From positions 370,760,001 to 370,824,000 of the forward strand of contig OZ024742.1 of NCBI GenBank assembly GCA_964016885.1: DNA of 64,000 bases, in the 5' to 3' direction. The notes beneath the pieces are model-generated. The model was not told the DNA's origin and ran no database searches. It saw nothing but the letters and a program-made list of their open reading frames with translations. Positions within the stretch are counted from its first letter, which is position 1. Every line of letters begins with the position of its first letter. Origin of the DNA: Eledone cirrhosa. Lineage: Eukaryota. The position numbers were made by a program, and so were the translations under genes. Shown here one piece after another: positions 1 through 11,560 of this stretch.

Positions 1-3000
1 GGATGGTAGGTGTATTGACAGTGTCTGGTGACCCTACAGGATGGTAGGGGTATTGACAGTGTCCGGTGACCCGACAAGGTGGTAGGGGCATTGACAGTGT
101 CTGATGACCTTACAGGGTGGTAGGGGTATTGACAGTGTCTGGTGACCCTATAGGTTGGTAGGGGTATAGACAGTGTCTGTGACCCTACAGGGTGGTAGGG
201 GCATTGACAGTGTCTGGTGACCTTACAGGGTGGCAGGGTTATTGACAATGTCTGGTGACCTTATAGGGTGGTAGGGGTGTTGACAGTGTCTGGTAACCTT
301 AACAGGGTGGTACGGGCATTGACAGTGTCTTGTGACCTTACAGGGTGGTAGGGGCATTGACAGTATCTGATGACCTTACAGGGTGGTAGGGGTATTGACA
401 GTGTATGGTGACCCTACAGGGTGGTAGGGCTATTGACAGTGTCTGGTGACCCTACAGGATGGTAGGGGTATTGACAGTGTCTGGTGACCCTACAAGGTGG
501 TAGGGGCATTGACAGTGTCTGGTGACCTTACAGGGTGGTAGGGGCATTGACAGTGTCTGATGACCTTACAGGGTGGTAGGGGTATTGACAGTGTTGGTGA
601 CCCTACAGGTTGGTAGGGGTATTGACAGTGTCTGGTGACCCTACAGGGTGGTAGGGGCATTGACAGTGTCTGGTGACCTTACAGGGTGGTAGGGTTATTG
701 ACAGCGTCTGGTGACCTTACAGGGTGGTAGGGGTATTGTCAGTGTATGGTGACCTTATAGGGTGGTAGGGGTATTGACAGTGTCTGGTGACCTTACAGGG
801 TGGTAGGGATATTGACAGTGTATGGTGATCTTACAGGGTGGTAAGTGTATTGACAGTGTATGGTGACCTTACAGGGTGGTAGGGGCATTGACAGTGTATG
901 GTGATCTTACAGCGTGGTAGGGGTATTGACAGTGTCTGGTGACCTTACAGGGTGGTAGGGGTATTGACAGTGTCTGGTGACCTTACAGGATGGTAGGGGT
1001 GTTCACAGTGTCTGGTGACCCTATAGGGTTTTAGGGGTATTGACAGTGTCTGGTGACCTTACAGGGTAGTAGGGGTATTGAGAGTGTCTGGTGACCCTAC
1101 ATGGTGGTAGGGGCATTGACAGTGTCTGGTGACCCTAAAGGGTGGTAGGGGTATTGACAGTGTCTGGTGACACTACAGGGTGGTAGGGGTATTGACAATG
1201 TCTGGTGACCCTATAGGGTGGTACGGGTATTGACATTGTATGGTGACCCTATATGTTGGTAGGGGTATTGACAGTGTATGGTGATCCTACAGGGTGGTAG
1301 GGGTATTGAAAGTGTCTGGTGACCCTACAGGGTGGTAGGTGCATTGAGAGTGTCTAGTGGCCTTAACATGGTGGTAGGGGTGTTGACACTGTCTGGTGAC
1401 CTTACAGGGTGGTAGTGGTATTGACAGTGTATGGTGACGTTACAGTGTGGTAGGGGTATTGACAGTGTCTGGTGAACTTACAGGGTGGTAGGGGCATTGA
1501 CAGTGTATGGTGACCTTACAGGGTGGTAAGGGTATTGACAGTGTATTGTGACCTTACAGGGTGGTAGGGGCATTGGCAGTGTCTAGTGACCTACAGGTTG
1601 GTAGGGGTTTGACAGTGTCTAGTGACCGTACAGGGTGGTAGGGGTATTAACAGGGTCTGCTGACCTTACAGAGTGGTAGGGGCTTTGACAGTGTCTGGTG
1701 ACCCTACAGGGTGGTAGGGGTATTGACAGTGGCTGGTGACCTTACAGGGTGTTAGGGGTATTGACAGTGTCTGGTGACCTTACAGGGTGGTAGAGTTTAT
1801 TGACAGTGTATGGTGACATTACAGGGTCGTAGGGGTATTGACAGTGTATGGTGACCTTACAGGGTTGTAGGGTCATTGACAGTGTATGGTGACCTTACAG
1901 GGTGGTAAGGGTATTGAAAGTGTATGGTGAACTTACAGTGTGGTAGGGGTATTGACAGTGTCTGGTGACCCTAGGGTGGTAGGGGTATTGACAGTGTATG
2001 GTGACCCTATAGGGTGGTAGGGGTATTGACAGTGTCTGGTGACCTTACAGGGTGGTTGGGGCATTGACAGTGTCTGGTGACCATACAGGCTGGTATGGGC
2101 ATTGACAGTGTCTGGTGACCTTACAGGGTGGTAGGGGTATTGACAGTGTCACGTGAGCCTACAGGGTGGTAGGATTATACACACTGTCTAGTGACCTTAC
2201 AGGGTGGTAGGGGTACTGACAGTGTCTGGTGACCTTACAGGGTGGTAGGGGTATTGACGGTGTATGGTGAACCTATAGGGTGGTAGGTGTATTGACAGTG
2301 TCTGGTGACCCTACAGGGTGGTAGGTGTGTTGACAGTGTCTGGTGACCTTACAGGGTGGTAGGGGTATTGTCAGTGTATGGTGACCTTATAGGGTGGTAG
2401 GGGTATTGACAGTGTCTGGTGACCTTACAGGGTGGTAGGGATATTGACAGTGTATGGTGACACTACAGGGTGGTAGGCGTATTGACAGTGTATGGTGACC
2501 TTACAGGGTGGTAGGGGTATTGACAATGTATGGTGATCTTACAGGGTGGTAAGTGTACTGACAGTGTATGGTGACCTTACAGGGTGGTAGGGGTATTGAC
2601 AGTGTCTGGTGACCTTACAGGGTAGTAGGGGCATTGACAGTGTATGGTGACCCTAAAGGGTGGTAGGGGCATTGACAGTGTCTGGTAACCTTAACAGGGT
2701 GGTACGGGCATTGACAGTGTCTAGTGAACTTACAGGGTGGTAAAGGTATTGACAGTGTATGGTGACCCTACAGGGTGGTAGGGCTATTGACAGTGTCTGG
2801 TGACACCATAGGGTGGTAGGGGTATTGACAGTGTCTGGTGACCTTACAGGGTGGTAGGGGTATTGAGAGTGTCTGGTGACCCTACATGGTGGTAGGGGCA
2901 TTGACAGTGTCTGGTGACCCTATAGGGTGGTAGGGGTATACACAGCGTATGGTGACCTTACAGGGTGGTAGGGGTATTGACAGTGTATGGTGAGCTTATA

Positions 3001-6000
3001 GGGTGGTGGGGTATTGACAGTGTCTGGTGACCCTACAGGGTGGTAGGGGTATTGACAATGTCTGGTGACCCTATAGGGTGGTACGGGTATTGACATTGTA
3101 TGGTGACCCTATAGGGTGGTAGGGGTATTGACAGTGTATGGTGATCCTACAGGGTGGTAGTGGTATTGACAGTGTCTGGTGACCTTACAGGGTGTTAGGG
3201 GTATTGATAGTGCCTGGTGAGCTTACAGGGTGGTAGGGTTTATTGACAGTGTCTGGTGACATTACAGGGTCGTAGGGGTATTGACAGTGTATGGTGACCT
3301 TACAGGGTTGTAGGGGCATTGACAGTGTATGGTGACCTTACAGGGTGGTAGGGATATTGACAGTATATGGTGACGTTACAGGGTAGTAGGGGTATTGACA
3401 GTGTCTGGTGACCTTACAGGGTGGTAGGGGCATTGACAGTGTGTGGTGACCCTACAGGGTGGTACGGGCATTGACAGTGTCTGGTGACCTTACAGGGTGG
3501 TAGTGGTAATGACAGTGTATGGTGAACCTACAGGGTGGTAGGGGTATTGACAGTGTCTGGTGACCCTAGGGTGGTAGGGGTATTGACAGTGTATGGTGAC
3601 CCTATAGGGTGGTAGGGGTATTGACAGTGTCTGGTGACCTTACAGGTTGGTAGGGGCATTGACAGTGTCTGGTGACCATACAGGGTGGTATGAGCATTGA
3701 CAGTGTCTGTTGACCTTACAGGGTGGTAGGGGTATTGACAGTGTCTGGTGAGCCTACAGGGTGGTAGGAGTATAGACACTGTCTGGTGATCTTACAGGGT
3801 GGTAGGGGCATTTACAATGTCTGGTGACCTTACAGTGTGGTAGGGACATTGACAGTGTCTAGTGACTTTACAGGGTGGTAGGGGTATTGACAGTGTATGC
3901 TGACCGTAATGGGTGGTAGGGGTATTGACAGTGTCAGGTGAACTTACAGGGTGGTAGGTGCATTGACAGCGTCTAGTGACTTTACAGGGTGGTAGGGGTA
4001 TTGACAGTGTATGCTGACCGTAATGGGTGGTAGGGGTATTGACAGTGTCTGGTGACCCTACTGGATGGTAGGTGTATTGACAGTGTCTGGTGACCCTACA
4101 GGATGGTAGGGGTATTGACAGTGTCCGGTGACCCGACAAGGTGGTAGGGGCATTGACAGTGTCTGATGACCTTACAGGGTGGTAGGGGTATTGACAGTGT
4201 CTGGTGACCCTATAGGTTGGTAGGGGTATAGACAGTGTCTGTGACCCTACAGGGTGGTAGGGGCATTGACAGTGTCTGGTGACCTTACAGGGTGGCAGGG
4301 TTATTGACAATGTCTGGTGACCTTATAGGGTGGTAGGGGTGTTGACAGTGTCTGGTAACCTTAACAGGGTGGTACGGGCATTGACAGTGTCTTGTGACCT
4401 TACAGGGTGGTAGGGGCATTGACAGTGTCTGATGACCTTACAGGGTGGTAGGGGTATTGACAGTGTATGGTGACCCTACAGGGTGGTAGGGCTATTGACA
4501 GTGTCTGGTGACCCTACAGGATGGTAGGGGTATTGACAGTGTCTGGTGACCCTACAAGGTGGTAGGGGCATTGACAGTGTCTGGTGACCTTACAGGGTGG
4601 TAGGGGCATTGACAGTGTCTGATGACCTTACAGGGTGGTAGGGGTATTGACAGTGTTGGTGACCCTACAGGTTGGTAGGGGTATTGACAGTGTCTGGTGA
4701 CCCTACAGGGTGGTAGGGGCATTGACAGTGTCTGGTGACCTTACAGGGTGGTAGGGTTATTGACAGCGTCTGGTGACCTTACAGGGTGGTAGGGGTATTG
4801 TCAGTGTATGGTGACCTTATAGGGTGGTAGGGGTATTGACAGTGTCTGGTGACCTTACAGGGTGGTAGGGATATTGACAGTGTATGGTGATCTTACAGGG
4901 TGGTAAGTGTATTGACAGTGTATGGTGACCTTACAGGGTGGTAGGGGCATTGACAGTGTATGGTGATCTTACAGCGTGGTAGGGGTATTGACAGTGTCTG
5001 GTGACCTTACAGGGTGGTAGGGGTATTGACAGTGTCTGGTGATCTTACAGGGTAGTAGGGGCATTGACAGTGTCTGGTAACCTTAACAGGGTGATACGGG
5101 CATTGACAGTGTCTTGTGACCTTACAGGGTGGTAGGGGTATTGACAGTGTCTGGTGACCTTACAGGATGGTAGGGGTGTTCACAGTGTCTGGTGACCCTA
5201 TAGGGTTTTAGGGGTATTGACAGTGTCTGGTGACCTTACAGGGTAGTAGGGGTATTGAGAGTGTCTGGTGACCCTACATGGTGGTAGGGGCATTGACAGT
5301 GTCTGGTGACCCTATAGGGTGGTAGGGGTATTGACAGTGTCTGGTGACACTACAGGGTGGTAGGGGTATTGACAATGTCTGGTGACCCTATAGGGTGGTA
5401 CGGGTATTGACATTGTATGGTGACCCTATATGTTGGTAGGGGTATTGACAGTGTATGGTGATCCTACAGGGTGGTAGGGGTATTGAAAGTGTCTGGTGAC
5501 CCTACAGGGTGGTAGGTGCATTGAGAGTGTCTAGTGGCCTTAACATGGTGGTAGGGGTGTTGACACTGTCTGGTGACCTTACAGGGTGGTAGTGGTATTG
5601 ACAGTGTATGGTGACGTTACAGTGTGGTAGGGGTATTGACAGTGTCTGGTGAACTTACAGGGTGGTAGGGGCATTGACAGTGTATGGTGACCTTACAGGG
5701 TGGTAAGGGTATTGACAGTGTATTGTGACCTTACAGGGTGGTAGGGGCATTGACAGTGTATGGTGACCTTACAGGGTCGTAGGGGTATTGACAGTATATG
5801 GTGACCTTACAGGGTGTTAGGGGTATTGACAGTGTCTGGTGACCTTACAGGGTGGTAGAGTTTATTGACAGTGTATGGTGACATTACAGGGTCGTAGGGG
5901 TATTGACAGTGTATGGTGACCTTACAGGGTTGTAGGGTCATTGACAGTGTATGGTGACCTTACAGGGTGGTAAGGGTATTGAAAGTGTATGGTGAACTTA

Positions 6001-9000
6001 CAGTGTGGTAGGGGTATTGACAGTGTCTGGTGACCCTAGGGTGGTAGGGGTATTGACAGTGTATGGTGACCCTATAAGGTGGTAGGGGTATTGACAGTGT
6101 CTGGTGACCTTACAGGGTGGTTGGGGCATTGACAGTGTCTGGTGACCATACAGGGTGGTATGGGCATTGACAGTGTCTGGTGACCTTACAGGGTGGTAGG
6201 GGTATTGACAGTGTCACGTGAGCCTACAGGGTGGTAGGATTATACACACTGTCTAGTGACCTTACAGGGTGGTAGGGGTACTGACAGTGTCTGGTGACCT
6301 TACAGGGTGGTAGGGGTATTGACGGTGTATGGTGAACCTATAGGGTGGTAGGTGTATTGATAGTGTCTGGTGACCCTACAGGGTGGTAGGTGTGTTGACA
6401 GTGTCTGGTGACCTTACAGGGTGGTAGGGGTATTGTCAGTGTATGGTGACCTTATAGGGTGGTAGGGGTATTGACAGTGTCTGGTGACCTTACAGGGTGG
6501 TAGGGATATTGACAGTGTATGGTGACACTACAGGGTGGTAGGCGTATTGACAGTGTATGGTGACCTTACAGGGTGGTAGGGGTATTGACAATGTATGGTG
6601 ATCTTACAGGGTGGTAAGTGTACTGACAGTGTATGGTGACCTTACAGGGTGGTAGGGGTATTGAGAGTGTCTGGTGACCTTACAGGGTAGTAGGGGCATT
6701 GACAGTGTATGGTGACCCTAAAGGGTGGTAGGGGCATTGACAGTGTCTGGTAACCTTAACAGGGTGGTACGGGCATTGACAGTGTCTTGTGAACTTACAG
6801 GGTGGTAAAGGTATTGACAGTGTATGGTGACCCTACAGGGTGGTAGGGCTATTGACAGTGTCTGGTGACACCATAGGGTGGTAGGGGTATTGACAGTGTC
6901 TGGTGACCTTACAGTGTGGTAGGGGTATTGAGAGTGTCTGGTGACCCTACATGGTGGTAGGGGCATTGACAGTGTCTGGTGACCCTATAGGGTGGTAGGG
7001 GTATTCACAGCGTATGGTGACCTTACAGGGTGGTAGGGGTATTGACAGTGTATGGTGAGCTTATAGGGTGGTGGGGTATTGACAGTGTCTGGTGACCCTA
7101 CAGGGTGGTAGGGGTATTGACAATGTCTGGTGACCCTATAGGGTGGTACGGGTATTGACATTGTATGGTGACCCTATAGGGTGGTAGGGGTATTGACAGT
7201 GTATGGTGATCCTACAGGGTGGTAGTGGTATTGACAGTGTCTGGTGACCCTACAGGGTGGTAGGTGCATTGAGGGTGTCTGGTGAACTTAACATGGTGGT
7301 AGGTGTGTTGACACTGTCTGGTGACCTCACAGGGTGGTAGGGGTATTGACAGTGTCTGGTGACCTTACAGTGTGGTAGTGGTATTGACAGTGTATGGTGA
7401 CGTTACAGGGTGGTAGGGGTATTGACAGTGTCTGGTGAACTTACAGGGTGGTAGGGGCATTGACAGTGTATGGTGACCTTACAGGGTGGTAAGGGTGTTG
7501 ACAGTGTATTGTGACCTTACAGGGTGGTAGGGGCATTGACAGTGTCTGGTGACCTTACAGGGTGGTAGGGGTATTGACAGTATATGGTGACCTTACAGGG
7601 TGATAGGGGTATTGACAGTGTATGGTGACCTCACAGGGTGGTAGGGGTATTGACAGTGTATGGTGACCTTACAGGGTGGTAGACGTATTGAAAGTGTCTG
7701 GTGACCTTACAGTGTGGTAGGGGCATTGACAGTGTATGGTGACCCTACAGGGTGGTACGGGCATTGACAGTGTCTGGTAACCTTACAGGGTGGTAGGGCT
7801 ATTGACAGTGTCTGGTGACCCTACAGGCTGGTAGGGGCATTGGCAGTGTCTAGTGACCTACAGGTTGGTAGGGGTATTGACAGTGTCCAGTGACCGTACA
7901 GGGTGGTAGGGGTATTGACAGGGTCTGCTGACCTTACAGAGTGGTAGGGGCTTTGACAGTGTCTGGTGACCCTACAGGGTGGTAGGGGTATTGACAGTGG
8001 CTGGTGACCTTACAGGGTGTTAGGGGTATTGATAGTGCCTGGTGAGCTTACAGGCTGGTAGGGTTTATTGACAGTGTCTGGTGACATTACAGGGTCGTAG
8101 GGGTATTGACAGTGTATGGTGACCTTACAGGGTTGTAGGGGCATTGACAGTGTATGGTGACCTTACAGGGTGGTAGGGATATTGACAGTATATGGTGACG
8201 TTACAGGGTAGTAGGGGTATTGACAGTGTCTGGTGACCTTACAGGGTGGTAGGGGCATTGACAGTGTGTGGTGACCCTACAGGGTGGTACGGGCATTGAC
8301 AGTGTCTGGTGACCTTACAGGGTGGTAGTGGTAATGACAGTGTATGGTGAACCTACAGGGTGGTAGGGGTATTGACAGTGTCTGGTGACCCTAGGGTGGT
8401 AGGGGTATTGACAGTGTATGGTGACCCTATAGGGTGGTAGGGGTATTGACAGTGTCTGGTGACCTTACAGGTTGGTAGGGGCATTGACAGTGTCTGGTGA
8501 CCATACAGGGTGGTATGAGCATTGACAGTGTCTGTTGACCTTACAGGGTGGTAGGGGTATTGACAGTGTCTGGTGAGCCTACAGGGTGGTAGGAGTATAG
8601 ACACTGTCTGGTGACCTTACAGGGTGGTAGGGGCATTTACAATGTCTGGTGACCTTACAGTGTGGTAGGGACATTGACAGTGTCTAGTGACTTTACAGGG
8701 TGGTAGGGGTATTGACAGTGTATGCTGACCGTAATGGGTGGTAGGGGTATTGACAGTGTCAGGTGAACTTACAGGGTGGTAGGTGCATTGACAGCGTCTA
8801 GTGACTTTACAGGGTGGTAGGGGTATTGACAGTGTATGCTGACCGTAATGGGTGGTAGGGGTATTGACAGTGTCTGGTGACCCTACTGGATGGTAGGTGT
8901 ATTGACAGTGTCTGGTGACCCTACAGGATGGTAGGGGTATTGACAGTGTCCGGTGACCCGACAAGGTGGTAGGGGCATTGACAGTGTCTGATGACCTTAC

Positions 9001-11560
9001 AGGGTGGTAGGGGTATTGACAGTGTCTGGTGACCCTATAGGTTGGTAGGGGTATAGACAGTGTCTGTGACCCTACAGGGTGGTAGGGGCATTGACAGTGT
9101 CTGGTGACCTTACAGGGTGGCAGGGTTATTGACAATGTCTGGTGACCTTATAGGGTGGTAGGGGTGTTGACAGTGTCTGGTAACCTTAACAGGGTGGTAC
9201 GGGCATTGACAGTGTCTTGTGACCTTACAGGGTGGTAGGGGCATTGACAGTGTCTGATGACCTTACAGGGTGGTAGGGGTATTGACAGTGTATGGTGACC
9301 CTACAGGGTGGTAGGGCTATTGACAGTGTCTGGTGACCCTACAGGATGGTAGGGGTATTGACAGTGTCTGGTGACCCTACAAGGTGGTAGGGGCATTGAC
9401 AGTGTCTGGTGACCTTACAGGGTGGTAGGGGCATTGACAGTGTCTGATGACCTTACAGGGTGGTAGGGGTATTGACAGTGTTGGTGACCCTACAGGTTGG
9501 TAGGGGTATTGACAGTGTCTGGTGACCCTACAGGGTGGTAGGGGCATTGACAGTGTCTGGTGACCTTACAGGGTGGTAGGGTTATTGACAGCGTCTGGTG
9601 ACCTTACAGGGTGGTAGGGGTATTGTCAGTGTATGGTGACCTTATAGGGTGGTAGGGGTATTGACAGTGTCTGGTGACCTTACAGGGTGGTAGGGATATT
9701 GACAGTGTATGGTGATCTTACAGGGTGGTAAGTGTATTGACAGTGTATGGTGACCTTACAGGGTGGTAGGGGCATTGACAGTGTATGGTGATCTTACAGC
9801 GTGGTAGGGGTATTGACAGTGTCTGGTGACCTTACAGGGTGGTAGGGGTATTGACAGTGTCTGGTGATCTTACAGGGTAGTAGGGGCATTGACAGTGTCT
9901 GGTAACCTTAACAGGGTGATACGGGCATTGACAGTGTCTTGTGACCTTACAGGGTGGTAGGGGTATTGACAGTGTCTGGTGACCTTACAGGATGGTAGGG
10001 GTGTTCACAGTGTCTGGTGACCCTATAGGGTTTTAGGGGTATTGACAGTGTCTGGTGACCTTACAGGGTAGTAGGGGTATTGAGAGTGTCTGGTGACCCT
10101 ACATGGTGGTAGGGGCATTGACAGTGTCTGGTGACCCTATAGGGTGGTAGGGGTATTGACAGTGTCTGGTGACACTACAGGGTGGTAGGGGTATTGACAA
10201 TGTCTGGTGACCCTATAGGGTGGTACGGGTATTGACATTGTATGGTGACCCTATATGTTGGTAGGGGTATTGACAGTGTATGGTGATCCTACAGGGTGGT
10301 AGGGGTATTGAAAGTATCTGGTGACCCTACAGGGTGGTAGGTGCATTGAGAGTGTCTAGTGGCCTTAACATGGTGGTAGGGGTGTTGACACTGTCTGGTG
10401 ACCTTACAGGGTGGTAGTGGTATTGACAGTGTATGGTGACGTTACAGTGTGGTAGGGGTATTGACAGTGTCTGGTGAACTTACAGGGTGGTAGGGGCATT
10501 GACAGTGTATGGTGACCTTACAGGGTGGTAAGGGTATTGACAGTGTATTGTGACCTTACAGGGTGGTAGGGGCATTGACAGTGTATGGTGACCTTACAGG
10601 GTCGTAGGGGTATTGACAGTATATGGTGACCTCACAGGGTGGTAGGGGTATTGACAGTGTATGGTGACCTTACAGGGTGGTAGGCTTATTGAAAGTGTCT
10701 GGTGACCTTACAGGGTGGTAGGGGCATTGACAGTGTATGGTGACCCTACAGGGTGGTACGGGCATTGACAGTGTCTGGTGACCCTACAGGGTGGTAGGGG
10801 CATTGGCAGTGTCTAGTGACCTACAGGTTGGTAGGGGTTTGACAGTGTCTAGTGACCGTACAGGGTGGTAGGGGTATTAACAGGGTCTGCTGACCTTACA
10901 GAGTGGTAGGGTCTTTGACAGTGGCTGGTGACCTTACAGGGTGTTAGGGGTATTGACAGTGTCTGGTGACCTTACAGGGTGGTAGAGTTTATTGACAGTG
11001 TATGGTGACATTACAGGGTCGTAGGGGTATTGACAGTGTATGGTGACCTTACAGGGTTGTAGGGTCATTGACAGTGTATGGTGACCTTACAGGGTGGTAA
11101 GGGTATTGAAAGTGTATGGTGAACTTACAGTGTGGTAGGGGTATTGACAGTGTCTGGTGACCCTAGGGTGGTAGGGGTATTGACAGTGTATGGTGACCCT
11201 ATAGGGTGGTAGGGGTATTGACAGTGTCTGGTGACCTTACAGGGTGGTTGGGGCATTGACAGTGTCTGGTGACCATACAGGGTGGTATGGGCATTGACAG
11301 TGTCTGGTGACCTTACAGGGTGGTAGGGGTATTGACAGTGTCACGTGAGCCTACAGGGTGGTAGGATTATACACACTGTCTAGTGACCTTACAGGGTGGT
11401 AGGGGTACTGACAGTGTCTGGTGACCTTACAGGGTGGTAGGGGTATTGACGGTGTATGGTGAACCTATAGGGTGGTAGGTGTATTGACAGTGTCTGGTGA
11501 CCCTACAGGGTGGTAGGTGTGTTGACAGTGTCTGGTGACCTTACAGGGTGGTAGGGGTAT
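1..11560 (+). repeat. Domain A: higher-order repeat, about 2.5 copies (starts at 1, 4063, 8888; unit lengths 4062 and 4825 bp)
   Basis: The rare variant string ggatggtaggtgtattg...gtccggtgacccgacaagg starts at 1, 4063 and 8888. The marker gtgtcacgtgagcc has its CACGTG at 2150, 6215 and 11342. Matching ORF translations lie at 3528/8353 and 3792/8617 (offset 4825) and at 2653/6718 (offset 4065). Similarity to copy 1 stops near 11560. Confidence 0.93.

Noticed and set aside
2150-11347. E-box CACGTG at 2150, 6215 and 11342
   Set aside because: It is a single mutated monomer propagated by the domain A HOR. It is useful as a marker, but there is no evidence of regulatory function.
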